Source: Eubacteriales bacterium
GTDB lineage: Bacteria > Bacillota > Clostridia > Oscillospirales > CAG-272
Length of the DNA: 64,000 nt
Reading direction: 5' to 3'
Assembly (NCBI GenBank): GCA_045661245.1
Contig: JAZRFH010000002.1
Location: forward strand, 655 to 64,654
Positions 1 to 9,800 of this stretch are shown in pieces (position 1 is the stretch's first letter; each line of letters begins with the position of its first letter). A program made the position numbers and the translations under genes. A model generated the notes under the pieces. The model did no database searches. It was not told the DNA's origin and was given only the letters and a program-made list of their open reading frames with translations.

Positions 1-337
1 GCTTTTATTATTCTTGGGGGCGCGGGTGCGCGTCTACACCTCTCGCGACAATACTCGACTTGAGCTATGCGAATACGGTGTTGCCTCGAGCATGAGCGCA
101 AGAGATGCTGATATATCGGATATTGATATTCTTATCAATACAGCACCTGCGGTTATTTTTGACACGGATAGTGACGAGCTTTCGAGGCTTAGGGTAATAG
201 ATTTGGCTTCGGGCAACAATTTCCCGTCGCTTAAAACTGTTGAGAGCTATCCATCAATACCCGCAAAAATGTTTCCGCGCACAGCAGGTACTTTGCTTGG
301 TGAATGTGCCGTACGCTATTTCGGTAATAAAAAGTAA
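1..337 (+). CDS. dpaA: Dipicolinate synthase subunit A, C-terminal fragment; the 5' end lies outside the window
   Basis: The reading frame is open from the window edge to the stop at 337. The sequence GARVRV...DILINTAP...VIDLAS...PAKMFPRTAG is collinear with the C-terminal half of SpoVFA. The gene lies directly upstream of dpaB. Confidence 0.75.
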   Translation, partial: LLLFLGARVRVYTSRDNTRLELCEYGVASSMSARDADISDIDILINTAPAVIFDTDSDELSRLRVIDLASGNNFPSLKTVESYPSIPAKMFPRTAGTLLGECAVRYFGNKK

Positions 338-340
338 AAC

Positions 341-366
341 GGAAAAGCATCGAAAGATGCTTTTCC
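341..366 (+). other. Perfect 11-bp hairpin between dpaA and dpaB
   Basis: The arms are ggaaaagcatc and gatgcttttcc, with a gaaa loop. No U-tract follows, so this is more likely an intercistronic processing or stability element than a terminator. Confidence 0.4.
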
Positions 367-388
367 TGACATAAAGAGAGGTAAAACT

Positions 389-955
389 ATGAAAATCGGT
401 TATTGCTTTACTGGCTCGTTTTGCACGCTTGCAAGCTCTTACGCAAGCTTAGAGGGGCTTGTAAAAGAGGGGTATGAGGTTGTGCCTATTATGAGCGAAA
501 ACGTGTATTATACAGATACGAGGTTTGCTCTGGCAGAGGAATTTTCACGCAAGGTAGAGACGCTTGTCGGCAGGGCTGTAATACATACGGTGGTTGATGC
601 TGAGCCGCTCGGACCTAAGGAGCCGCTTGATGCTCTCGTTGTAGCTCCTTGTACGGGCAATACGCTTGCAAAGAGTGCCCTCGGTATTACCGATACTGCC
701 GCTACGATGGCGATAAAGGCGCATCTGCGCTGTGACAGGCCCACAGTTATCGCCTTGGCCACAAATGACGCGCTTTCAGCCAATCTTGGTAACATTTGTA
801 CTATGCTAAAGCGAAAGTCGGTTTATTTTGTACCTATGAAGCAGGATGCACCGAGGCTCAAGCCTCATTCCCTGGTTGCTGATTTTGGATTGATTTCAGA
901 TGCTCTTAAGGCGGCGTTTGATGGTAAGGATTTGCGACCGTTATTTTTGGATTGA
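389..955 (+). CDS. dpaB: Dipicolinate synthase subunit B (flavoprotein family)
   Basis: 188 aa. The motifs GYCFTGSFCT...APCTGNTLAK are typical of SpoVFB. An RBS (agagagg) lies upstream. Confidence 0.9.
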   Translation: MKIGYCFTGSFCTLASSYASLEGLVKEGYEVVPIMSENVYYTDTRFALAEEFSRKVETLVGRAVIHTVVDAEPLGPKEPLDALVVAPCTGNTLAKSALGITDTAATMAIKAHLRCDRPTVIALATNDALSANLGNICTMLKRKSVYFVPMKQDAPRLKPHSLVADFGLISDALKAAFDGKDLRPLFLD

Positions 956-1007
956 CTTTTGCCCACTCTCGTGCTAAAATGAAATAAAAAGCAAACGGGA
1001 GAATAAA

Positions 1008-2219
1008 ATGAGGGCATACGAAAGATTTTTAAAATATGCGGCATACCCCACAATGTCAGACGAAACCACAGGCACAACTCCGTCGACGGAAAAGCAGCTT
1101 GTTCTTGCACGTGAGCTATGCTCAGAGCTTAAATTGCTTGGTCTTAATGCTGAGGTGGATAAATGGGGATACGTGTATGCCCACCTGCCGTCAAATACAG
1201 ATGGTAAATACCAAAAAATCGGCTTTATAGCGCATATGGACACCTCGAGCGAGGCCTCTGACGAAAACATAAAAACAAGGATAGTTGAATATGCGGGCGG
1301 TGATATTCTTCTAAACGAGGAGCGCGGCATCGTAATGAGGCGCGACACTTATCCCTACCTTGATAATTACGTGGGTGAGCATCTTATAGTTTCGGACGGT
1401 ACGACACTTATAGGTGCTGACGACAAGGCAGGTATTGCCGAGATTATGACTATGCTGGAAAAGCTGATTTCTGAGAATCTGCCCCACGGTGACATTTCGA
1501 TTGCCTTTACGCCCGACGAGGAGATAGGAGAGGGGGCAGACCACTTTGACGTTGCACGCTTTGCCGCAGACTATGCGTATACCGTTGACGGGGGTCCTGT
1601 CGGCGAGCTTGAATACGAGAACTTTAACGCCGCGTCCTGCAAGGTAACTGTGCACGGAGTATCAATACACCCCGGCTCTGCAAAGGGAATGATGAAAAAC
1701 GCCGCACGCATAGCAAGCGAGTTTGACGGCCTTTTGCCGAAAGACGAAATTCCCGAGAGGACCTCGGGCTACGAGGGCTTTCACCACCTGTTATCAATCT
1801 CCGGAGAATGTGAAAACGCAAGGCTCGTTTACATTATACGCGACCACTCAAGAGAGAAATTTGAAGAGAAAAAGCAGGTCTTTGTTGAGTGCGCGGCAAG
1901 GATAAACGAGATATACGGTGCGGGCACGCTTGAGATGGAGCTTACCGACAGCTATTACAATATGCGCGAGAAGATAGAGGAGCATATTTATATAGTGGAT
2001 AGAGCACGAAGCGCTATGCTGGAGCTTGGTATTGAACCCATTATAGTACCCATCAGGGGCGGTACTGACGGCTCAAGACTTTCCTTTATGGGTCTGCCTT
2101 GCCCGAATCTTTGCACGGGCGGTAACAATTTCCACTCAAGGTTTGAATTCATATCCTGCGAGGCTATGGATAAGGTCACGGATATACTTGTAAAAATCGC
2201 AACCAATATTGTAAAGTAA
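1008..2219 (+). CDS. pepT: Peptidase T (tripeptide aminopeptidase, M20B)
   Basis: 403 aa. The N-terminus YPTMSDE...STEKQL, the metal-site motif GFIAHMDT, and GADDKAGIAEI all match PepT. Confidence 0.9.
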   Translation: MRAYERFLKYAAYPTMSDETTGTTPSTEKQLVLARELCSELKLLGLNAEVDKWGYVYAHLPSNTDGKYQKIGFIAHMDTSSEASDENIKTRIVEYAGGDILLNEERGIVMRRDTYPYLDNYVGEHLIVSDGTTLIGADDKAGIAEIMTMLEKLISENLPHGDISIAFTPDEEIGEGADHFDVARFAADYAYTVDGGPVGELEYENFNAASCKVTVHGVSIHPGSAKGMMKNAARIASEFDGLLPKDEIPERTSGYEGFHHLLSISGECENARLVYIIRDHSREKFEEKKQVFVECAARINEIYGAGTLEMELTDSYYNMREKIEEHIYIVDRARSAMLELGIEPIIVPIRGGTDGSRLSFMGLPCPNLCTGGNNFHSRFEFISCEAMDKVTDILVKIATNIVK

Positions 2220-2233
2220 TATTTACAAAAAAT

Positions 2234-2268
2234 AAAGTGAGGCCAAGATAAACGAGGTCTCACTTTTT
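2234..2268. terminator. Bidirectional intrinsic terminator between convergent pepT and the M16 peptidase gene
   Basis: An 11-bp stem pairs aaagtgaggcc with ggtctcacttt (one G-U pair). It is flanked by an A-run upstream and a T-run downstream. Confidence 0.6.
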
Positions 2269-2270
2269 GT

Positions 2271-5141
2271 TTATATATCAAGAAGCTTAAGGTCAGCCAA
2301 TCCCTCGAGCAGCTTCTCCGGTGCTGTGATGCATACAGCTGAGGATTCAAGCGCTCTTTCAATAATATCACAGAGTATCATAAGTTCCTCTTTATCGGTC
2401 GCGAGCATTTCTTCTCTTACACGCTCCCTGTAGTCGCTGTCCAGGCCGTTAAGGAAGAGCACTGTAGCTGCAAGCGACGAGAAACGCGGGGTAGAAACAG
2501 TGTCGGTCGCTCCTATTGTACTGATAACGTATTTTGACAAATCAAGAGTTGGAATAATTTCACGAACGTCGGATACCAGCGATTTAAAATACTCGTAGGA
2601 TTTTACGGGCGAGGGGTCGCGGTAGGAATATGCGGTTATAATACCTGAGTTGCCTTTAACGGTAAAGCCGGTATCATACGCGCCGCCCTGTACTCTGATT
2701 TTGCCCCATAAGAGCTCGTATGATATAATTGCGCCAAGCACCGAAAGAGAGCCGCGGTATTTTTCGAGGCCTGCCGTCTTAAAGCTTGCGCTTAATGCCG
2801 AGTAGCCTACGGTGCTTTGCACGGCGATACCCTCGTTTTGTATCTTTGGTCTTGTAATATTCATATCCTGAGCTGATGTGCCACCCGCTTTGATAAGCGA
2901 TACAAGTCGGCTTGCATATTTTTTTGCGCCCTTAGCCGTAACGGCAAGAGTAAGTCTTGCGCGCCTCAGGTACTTTTCCCTGATTTCTGTAAACTTTGGT
3001 ATAAGCTTTTTTGAGGCGGCATCTGTATCTGTCACCAAATCCTTGAGATATTTGTGATAGCCGTAGCCGAATACTAGGTCGTTAAGATATGAAAGGTCGT
3101 CGAGTGACACTGCCGAGCGAGTAAGAGCGATAGATAATCCGTCTGCGGTAATCCCCTCGTGTGAGGACGTATAAAGCTGTGTGAGCTTTTGCTTGATTTT
3201 TGCGTGCGCGTCATATACCGTGCGATAGATATATTCGTCCAAAAGCTCGCACATCTTTTCAAACGAGCTGACAAGTGCAGAGCTTCTTACGGTAAGATAA
3301 AGCCTTGTCTTATCATTGTTTTTCTCGGCGGACAGGGATACCGAAAGGTCGCCGAGGGTGTGCTTCAGCTTAGCGCGGAATTTATCCGCGGCAGAATATT
3401 CGGTATCAAGCTCGGGCATTACAGAGGCAAAGACGCGCATAGCATGCATAGTATCTTCGTCGGCATCGGAAACGTCAAAGTACATATCTGTGTAAAGAAT
3501 TCCCGACGTTTCCATATCGTGTGCTATAACAGTGGCACCGTCAAGGGCAAATACCTCTGTGGGGGCTGTGGGCTCAGCCTTTCCAATATCCGCAATTTCA
3601 AGCGCGGGAATCGTTGCAAGTGCCTCGGGGCTGTCTTGCGCTGCTTGCCAAGCCTCGTATTCAGAAAGCTCACGGTCAAGCACTGCTTTTTGCTCCGCCG
3701 TCATTTCCTCTCTCAGCTTATCAAGTGACGCTCTTAGCTTGAGATCGGCTTTTTCCGATAAGTTCGAGTCCGGCTTTAACAGAACACTTACACGCTTGTT
3801 ATCAAGCACAGCATTAAAAAGCTTGTTAAAATAGTCGGTATCTAGCAGGAGTTTAAGCTCGTCAAAGGATTTATCGTAGGCAAAGGCGCACTCAGCGCTC
3901 TCACCGTAAAGTGCGTATTCCATAGCTGAGAGCATATATACCATTCCGCGCGGAAATGAGCCAAAATCAGCTTCGCGGGTTTTGAATTCTATGAGGTTAA
4001 TAGAGCCTTCGAGCCTTTCTCTGTCTATTCCGTCAGTGGCTATTTGCCGTGCCGTTTTATCAAAGAGGGATAAAAGCTCCTTTTCCTTGCCGTCCTTTAC
4101 TCCGAGAAACTGTACTGTAAGCGTGCTTTCAAGGCTTGATGCGTTATAGTAGATATACATATTCTCACAAAGGCCCGATTCAAGTATCTTGCTTTTTAAG
4201 GGTGATGAGTTGGTATCTGCTATAGAGTCAACGATTGCACTCATTGCAATATGCTCTTTGTAGTCAGAGTGAGAAAAGGCAGGGTAGGCTATTCCGAGCC
4301 TTGATTTATTTTCACTATTCTCGTTCTTTGATATCGGGTAATACTCGGTCACGGGCTCGGTATTTATTCTGCCCATATCAATATTGAACGACAAGCCGCT
4401 CCTATCATAGTCCTTAAGGTATGAATTAAGCAGAGCAAGAGTTTTATCAATATCAACCGAGCCGTCAAGGATAATAACCGAGTTATCGGGGTGGTAAAAG
4501 CGCTTGTGCGCTTCGAGAAATCTTTCGTATGTCAGGTTAGGTATAGCATCAGGATAACCGCCCGAGTCGTATGAGTAGGTGCCGCCCGTGTAAAGATTTT
4601 TGGATAGATAGTGCTCCATAAGCTCATCGGGCGATGCGTAGGCACCCTTCATTTCATTATAAACTATGCCGCCGATGTCAAGACTGCCGTCCTCGGTATA
4701 TTCAAGGTGGTGCCCCTCGGACATAAATATGCTTTTATTCTTAAGCACAAGCGGGTGAAGCACAGCGTCCATATAGACGTTAACGAGGTCTAAAAATGCC
4801 TTGTTGTTTTTGCTTGATACGGGGTAAATAGTTTTATCGGGGTAGGTAAAGGCATTAAGATAGGTGTAAAGCGAGCTTGAAAGCAGAGCTGTCATAGGGT
4901 CCTTAACAGGAAAATGCTCCGAGCCTGCAAGCACGGTGTGCTCAAGGATATGAAATACGCCGCTGTCGTCGGTCGGTGTGGTTTTAAAGCCTATAGCAAA
5001 GGTTTTGTTTTCGTCCTCTCTATCAATAAATATAAGCTTAGCACCGCTTCTTTTGTGGGTCATTTTAATAATATTCGCGGCTATTTCTTCGACACGGGTG
5101 GAGCTATCTATAATGAAACCGTGTAAAAATCCTTTATCCAT
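2271..5141 (-). CDS. M16C (PreP/insulinase-like) zinc metallopeptidase
   Basis: 956 aa. It carries the inverted zinc motif HILEHTVLAGSE (HxxEH) near the N-terminus. The length and layout fit the M16C presequence-protease-like family. Confidence 0.85.
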   Translation of the reverse strand: MDKGFLHGFIIDSSTRVEEIAANIIKMTHKRSGAKLIFIDREDENKTFAIGFKTTPTDDSGVFHILEHTVLAGSEHFPVKDPMTALLSSSLYTYLNAFTYPDKTIYPVSSKNNKAFLDLVNVYMDAVLHPLVLKNKSIFMSEGHHLEYTEDGSLDIGGIVYNEMKGAYASPDELMEHYLSKNLYTGGTYSYDSGGYPDAIPNLTYERFLEAHKRFYHPDNSVIILDGSVDIDKTLALLNSYLKDYDRSGLSFNIDMGRINTEPVTEYYPISKNENSENKSRLGIAYPAFSHSDYKEHIAMSAIVDSIADTNSSPLKSKILESGLCENMYIYYNASSLESTLTVQFLGVKDGKEKELLSLFDKTARQIATDGIDRERLEGSINLIEFKTREADFGSFPRGMVYMLSAMEYALYGESAECAFAYDKSFDELKLLLDTDYFNKLFNAVLDNKRVSVLLKPDSNLSEKADLKLRASLDKLREEMTAEQKAVLDRELSEYEAWQAAQDSPEALATIPALEIADIGKAEPTAPTEVFALDGATVIAHDMETSGILYTDMYFDVSDADEDTMHAMRVFASVMPELDTEYSAADKFRAKLKHTLGDLSVSLSAEKNNDKTRLYLTVRSSALVSSFEKMCELLDEYIYRTVYDAHAKIKQKLTQLYTSSHEGITADGLSIALTRSAVSLDDLSYLNDLVFGYGYHKYLKDLVTDTDAASKKLIPKFTEIREKYLRRARLTLAVTAKGAKKYASRLVSLIKAGGTSAQDMNITRPKIQNEGIAVQSTVGYSALSASFKTAGLEKYRGSLSVLGAIISYELLWGKIRVQGGAYDTGFTVKGNSGIITAYSYRDPSPVKSYEYFKSLVSDVREIIPTLDLSKYVISTIGATDTVSTPRFSSLAATVLFLNGLDSDYRERVREEMLATDKEELMILCDIIERALESSAVCITAPEKLLEGLADLKLLDI

Positions 5142-5142
5142 T

Positions 5143-6108
5143 TTATTTTAATTCCTCGAATTTGTATTTCAAATATTTTTCACCAAGCTCACGACAGAGC
5201 CTTTTGTATTTATCCGGGTCCTTTATGTAAGAAAGACCGTGGTCGGCACCGGGGAAGGTATCGTAAAGCATTATACCCGTATGCGCGGCAAAAATTTCGT
5301 CGGACATATATTTGGGTACAAAGCTATCAGCCTCACCGTGTATCAGCTGTATTGGTATTTTTGAGTTCCTTGCCGCCTCGGTAACAGAGGTCTTTTCGGG
5401 GTCAAAACGCGCAAAAATTATAGCTCCCAGTCTTATAAACGGCCAGACGAGAGATGGCAGCAGGTGCATTTTTCTGACGGTCAGGCAAATCTCGTCCTTA
5501 GCACTTGAATAAGGGCAGTCTGCAATAGCACATTTTACGGTTTTCGGCAGGTCAAGCGCGGAGGCGAGTATTACGGTAGCTGCACCCATAGAAATGCCCG
5601 TAAGCATAATTTCCGTATTCTCGCCAAAGCGCTCGGTAATGTATTCGCACCACAAAACGAGGTCGTGCTTTTCCTTCTCTCCAAAGGTAATTGAGCGCCC
5701 TTCACTTCTGCCGTGAGAGCGGTGATATACAAGCAAAAGATTGTGTCCTGCCTCAAAGCTGGTGCTTACACCGCCCGCAAAATCGTGTATCGGTGAGCTT
5801 CTGTAGCCGTGAAAAAGTATGTCTATAGGTGCACCGTCGTGGCGGTGATAATATCTTCCTACAAGCTTAAGTCCGTCGTGTGATTTTATGGTTATCTCTT
5901 CAAACGGCACTTTTCTTAATTCGTCGCCCATTCGCAAAATCTCGTCATAGCAGTCAAGTTTGATACCGAGGTCACGCTCGAGGTGTATCGGGCGGCGCCT
6001 GCGCTTAAAGGTTATAACATAGGTGATATAGGCAAAGGAGAGTAAAGAGGCAAGCACAAAAAGCACTGAAGAAACAGTAATAATAAGAGCGGTGTACTCA
6101 AAGTGCAT
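5143..6108 (-). CDS. Membrane-anchored alpha/beta hydrolase (serine hydrolase)
   Basis: 321 aa. It has an N-terminal TM helix, a nucleophile elbow GISMGAA, and C-terminal GEADSFV...DHG motifs. The stop is 1 nt from the M16 gene start. Confidence 0.7.
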   Translation of the reverse strand: MHFEYTALIITVSSVLFVLASLLSFAYITYVITFKRRRRPIHLERDLGIKLDCYDEILRMGDELRKVPFEEITIKSHDGLKLVGRYYHRHDGAPIDILFHGYRSSPIHDFAGGVSTSFEAGHNLLLVYHRSHGRSEGRSITFGEKEKHDLVLWCEYITERFGENTEIMLTGISMGAATVILASALDLPKTVKCAIADCPYSSAKDEICLTVRKMHLLPSLVWPFIRLGAIIFARFDPEKTSVTEAARNSKIPIQLIHGEADSFVPKYMSDEIFAAHTGIMLYDTFPGADHGLSYIKDPDKYKRLCRELGEKYLKYKFEELK

Positions 6109-6109
6109 A

Positions 6110-6715
6110 TTATTTTTCCTTTTCCTTGTGTGAAATTTTGATAGTGCCTAAAAGAATGATAATAGCTTGCAGTGGAAAGCCTATAATAAAGATAGACCAG
6201 ATGTTATCACTGTTTCTTATTAAAAGCTCGATGTAAATACTAAGGAGGATAAGCCATACAAAAAACGAGGAGCTGATAATTCTAAATATCTTGCTGTTAA
6301 AAAATACGTAGTTTGCAACAAAAAGAACGAGGGCCGTAGCAGGCATTGCCCATATAAAGAGTTGCCAGGGCTCTTTTTGCCACTGTACCGCGTAAAGGAC
6401 GGTTACTAAAAGCCAAACCGTCGAAACGGCAATAAGAGTTGTGATTATCTTACTTCCTATATTTTCTCTTTTAATATTCGGATTTTTAGCGGGGTTCTTT
6501 GGCTGCTCCTTTTGTAAAAGGTACTCGAACTTAACACCGTAAATGTCACAAACGCGGCAAAGAGTTTCAATATCCGGCAGCGTTTCGGCATGCTCCCAGC
6601 GCGATATCGCCTTATCGGTATAATTCAGCTTTTCAGCAAGTGCTTGTTGGGTCATTTTATGACTTTTTCTCAGCTCAACAAGGTTTTTTGCGATAATTTC
6701 CTTGATGTTTTCCAT
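6110..6715 (-). CDS. XRE-family HTH regulator with a C-terminal multi-pass membrane domain
   Basis: 201 aa. The N-terminal Cro/C1 HTH is LRKSHKMTQQALAEKLNYTDKAISRWE. About four hydrophobic helices follow. Confidence 0.75.
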   Translation of the reverse strand: MENIKEIIAKNLVELRKSHKMTQQALAEKLNYTDKAISRWEHAETLPDIETLCRVCDIYGVKFEYLLQKEQPKNPAKNPNIKRENIGSKIITTLIAVSTVWLLVTVLYAVQWQKEPWQLFIWAMPATALVLFVANYVFFNSKIFRIISSSFFVWLILLSIYIELLIRNSDNIWSIFIIGFPLQAIIILLGTIKISHKEKEK

Positions 6716-6931
6716 TCTCGTGGATTTCCTTTCTTGCGTTTTTATGACGGATTTTCTATAATGTAAATAAAAGTTTACTAAATTACGATACTACCGACTT
6801 AATTATACTATAAATGGAGGTTGTTGTCAATTGGAAATCGAAATTCTCAGTCTTGTGGAGTGATGTTGAACTGACAATTCAATTTTAAATAGAATTCCAC
6901 AATTAAAAGACAAGCTAATTTTTAAAAACAC

Positions 6932-6960
6932 TTGAAAATGATTTTTGCGTCTGATATAAT
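6932..6960 (+). promoter_or_regulatory. Sigma-A-type promoter for the acyltransferase-GT8-acyltransferase operon
   Basis: TTGAAA at 6932-6937, a 17-nt spacer, and TATAAT at 6955-6960, preceded by a TGa extended -10. Confidence 0.5.
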
Positions 6961-7061
6961 TACAAAGGTACCGAAATATGTATAAGAATTTGTATTTTTA
7001 TATTATTTTATGTGATTTGGTGCATTTTAATGTCGACTAACCATTTTGTTCGGTGATAAAT

Positions 7062-7835
7062 ATGAAAAAAGAAAAATATCCTAAAGGGGTAAGATATTAC
7101 GATAGCTTTGATAACGATTTTGAATCTGCGGCTAAAGCACCTGAGGATTTTAAAGAGAAATACGTATACTTAAAAAAGAAACCGCTATTTGGTTTTATTT
7201 CGTTTGTACTCCATAACCTAATAGGGCCGCCTCTAGCTTTCTTCTATTCACGTGTTATGCTACGCGAGAAGGTTATAGGTAAGAAAAAGCTGAAGATAAA
7301 GGGCGGTATGATAATTTACGCCAATCACACAGAGCCTGTGGGTGATGCCATTTGCCCGCATACTTACGTTTTTCCGAGAATGGCTTACACGGTTGTATCG
7401 CCCGATAATTTCGCTCTTCCGGGGCTAGGTAAGATAATCGGATATCTCGGTGCTGTGCCTACGCCTTGCGATATTAAGATGGCAAAAAGCTTTTCCGAAT
7501 GCTTGAAAACAAGGCTTGACTCCGGAAGTGCTGTCGTGGTTTTTCCCGAGGCGCATGTATGGCAGTACTATACGGGTATAAGACCTATGGATAAGGGGGC
7601 GTTTGCCTTTCCCGACAAGTTCTCAGTGCCTGCGTTTGCGGTAACGAGAGTATACAAAAGGTCGTGCCTTTTCGGCTTCAGACGTTTTATATACGTTGAC
7701 GGCCCGTTTTATGCAGATAAATCACTTTCGCGAGCTATGTCGTGTGAGACGCTTATGGACGAGGTGAGGTCGGCAATGCTAGAGCGTGCGGCCGAGTCTG
7801 ACGTAGAAATTATAAAGTACATAAGAAAGGATTGA
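7062..7835 (+). CDS. Lysophospholipid/glycerolipid acyltransferase family protein (PlsC-like, LPLAT)
   Basis: It has a hydrophobic segment near residue 45, an NHTEPVGD motif (variant of the HX4D block) and a FPEA block. ATG 7062 is preferred over GTG 7053. Confidence 0.65.
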   Translation: MKKEKYPKGVRYYDSFDNDFESAAKAPEDFKEKYVYLKKKPLFGFISFVLHNLIGPPLAFFYSRVMLREKVIGKKKLKIKGGMIIYANHTEPVGDAICPHTYVFPRMAYTVVSPDNFALPGLGKIIGYLGAVPTPCDIKMAKSFSECLKTRLDSGSAVVVFPEAHVWQYYTGIRPMDKGAFAFPDKFSVPAFAVTRVYKRSCLFGFRRFIYVDGPFYADKSLSRAMSCETLMDEVRSAMLERAAESDVEIIKYIRKD

Positions 7836-7837
7836 TT

Positions 7838-8782
7838 ATGTCAAGAAGAATCCCGATATTTTTTGCAGCAGACGATAATTATTTGCCTTATCTTGCGGTA
7901 ACCGTTCGGTCGATATCAGACCACGGCACTGACGGGAATATTTACGATATTAAAATTCTTACAAACGGCTTTTCCGAGGAGAATCTTGAAAAGCTCAAAT
8001 CAATGTCGCTTGAGCGTGTTGAGATAGAGGTTATTGATATAACGAAGGCGGTTGACGGCCATAGAAATCACCTGAGAGCAAGATTGCGCGACTATTACTC
8101 TGAGTCGATATTCTACCGCGTGTTTATAGGCTCGCTGTTTCCCTTGCTTGACCGTGCGATTTACATTGACTGCGACATCGTGCTTGTTGACGATATAGCA
8201 AAGCTTTACGACACCGATATAGGGGACTGTATTCTCGGTGCTGTCGCAGACGAGAGTATACCCGGCGTGCCTGAGTTCTGCACGTACGTTGATAAATGGG
8301 TCGGCGTGCCTGCGGATAAGTATATAAATTCAGGCGTTCTGCTTATGAACCTTACCGAGTTCCGCCGTGCAGGAATTGAAAAGAAAATTACACAGTATGC
8401 GTCAAAGTATAATTTTGATACCGTAGCGCCCGACCAGGATTACCTTAATTTTCTTTGCCGCGGCCGTATTCACTATCTTGATTACACATGGAACAAGCAG
8501 CCTAAGCGCGAGCTGGTGACCCCCGTATCAGAGTTGCACCTGATACATTACAATATGTTCAACAAGCCCTGGCATTACGAGGGCGTGCTGTACGAGGAGG
8601 AGTTCTGGCGCGTTGCTGACAAAACACCGTTTGCCGACTTCTTACACTCCGCACTCAGAGAATACAGTGACGAGCAGAGAGCCAAGGACGAGGCAGGCGC
8701 TGTAATGCTTGTATCAAACGCTGCGCGACTGACAAACGAGCCCGGCGGCTTTGCCGAAACACTCGGTGCTTTGTTAACTTAA
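7838..8782 (+). CDS. Glycosyltransferase family 8 (GspA/LPS alpha-1,3-glycosyltransferase-like)
   Basis: The motifs IPIFFAADDNYLPY, the DxD block YIDCDIVLVDD, and NSGVLLMNL all fit GT8. ATG 7838 has an aaagg RBS 7 nt upstream. The gene abuts the stop of the previous gene. Confidence 0.8.
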   Translation: MSRRIPIFFAADDNYLPYLAVTVRSISDHGTDGNIYDIKILTNGFSEENLEKLKSMSLERVEIEVIDITKAVDGHRNHLRARLRDYYSESIFYRVFIGSLFPLLDRAIYIDCDIVLVDDIAKLYDTDIGDCILGAVADESIPGVPEFCTYVDKWVGVPADKYINSGVLLMNLTEFRRAGIEKKITQYASKYNFDTVAPDQDYLNFLCRGRIHYLDYTWNKQPKRELVTPVSELHLIHYNMFNKPWHYEGVLYEEEFWRVADKTPFADFLHSALREYSDEQRAKDEAGAVMLVSNAARLTNEPGGFAETLGALLT

Positions 8783-8798
8783 ATAAGTGGAGAAGATT

Positions 8799-9674
8799 AT
8801 GACGTCAAGCTATCCCGAGATGGATGGGGGAAGGCTACAGGTTATAGAAAATATCCGTTTGGCAGTTGAAAGAGGCGACAGCTTTGCTAAGGTAGAGCTT
8901 GGCGACCCGAAAATAACCGAGGACGATATTAGGCGGGTTATATACCCGTTCGATAACCTGAGAAAAAAGCCTATAAATAAAATCAAGGCGTATATTGCGC
9001 GCAAGATTGCAGAGCGGGAAACGAAAAAGATAAATGTAAACACCGATATTATCGGCCTTGAAAACGCCCTCGGTATAAACGGCGGCGCGATTATCACCTG
9101 CAATCACTTTAATATTGTAGACAATACTATACCGAGAATTTTGGCGCAAAAGTGCGGCAGGGGCGCAAAATTTGATATTCTCATTCAAGAGAATAACGTT
9201 TTTATGGACGGTTTTTTCGGTTTTTTAATGAAAAACTGCAATACCTTGCCTATTTCTTCAAGCGTGCAGTACTCACTCAAAAACTTGAGGCCCGCGCTTG
9301 AAACGCTTCTCTCAAGAGGTGATTTCGTGTTAATATACCCTGAGCAGGAGATGTGGTTTAACTATAAAAAGCCGCGTACTCTTCGCGAGGGTGCGTATCA
9401 CTTTGCCTTTGATATGGGTGTGCCGATTATTCCGTGCTTCGTAGAGATGCGGGAGATTGACGGCTTTGACGCTCAGGGCTTTAGAAATATCAAGCATATT
9501 TTGCACGTAATGCTGCCTATTTACCCCGACAAGCAGCTTAGCGCAAGAGAGGGCAGGGCAAAAATGCGCGAAATCGACACCGCTTATAAAAAAGAGTGCT
9601 ACGAGCGCGTGTACGGAATCAAGCTTGACCCGGAATTTATTCCCGAGAGAGATATTGCGGGATACCACAAATAA
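8799..9674 (+). CDS. Second LPLAT-family acyltransferase
   Basis: It has a CNHFNIVDN (HX4D) block and a YPEQEMW block. ATG 8799 has a ggaga RBS upstream. Confidence 0.7.
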   Translation: MTSSYPEMDGGRLQVIENIRLAVERGDSFAKVELGDPKITEDDIRRVIYPFDNLRKKPINKIKAYIARKIAERETKKINVNTDIIGLENALGINGGAIITCNHFNIVDNTIPRILAQKCGRGAKFDILIQENNVFMDGFFGFLMKNCNTLPISSSVQYSLKNLRPALETLLSRGDFVLIYPEQEMWFNYKKPRTLREGAYHFAFDMGVPIIPCFVEMREIDGFDAQGFRNIKHILHVMLPIYPDKQLSAREGRAKMREIDTAYKKECYERVYGIKLDPEFIPERDIAGYHK

Positions 9675-9695
9675 AATCTTCATTATAATAGAAAG

Positions 9696-9724
9696 CGAGG
9701 TAGGGCTAACTTACCTCGTTTTTT
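9696..9724 (+). terminator. Intrinsic terminator after the acyltransferase operon
   Basis: The stem pairs cgaggta with tacctcg and is followed by TTTTTT. Confidence 0.7.
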
Positions 9725-9735
9725 AAAGACAAAAA

Positions 9736-9750
9736 TTAGAATAATTCTAA
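9736..9750 (+). promoter_or_regulatory. Fur-family (Per-box-like) operator 1
   Basis: TTAGAATAATTCTAA is a perfect 7-1-7 palindrome. It differs from the Bacillus Per box TTATAATNATTATAA by one symmetric position. Confidence 0.6.
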
Positions 9751-9767
9751 AAAAATTTAAAAACCTA

Positions 9768-9796
9768 TTGACAATATGATTTATTTCGTGTATAAT
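9768..9796 (+). promoter_or_regulatory. Sigma-A promoter of the perR-rbr unit
   Basis: TTGACA at 9768-9773, a 17-nt spacer, and TATAAT at 9791-9796. Confidence 0.6.
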
Positions 9797-9800
9797 AAAT

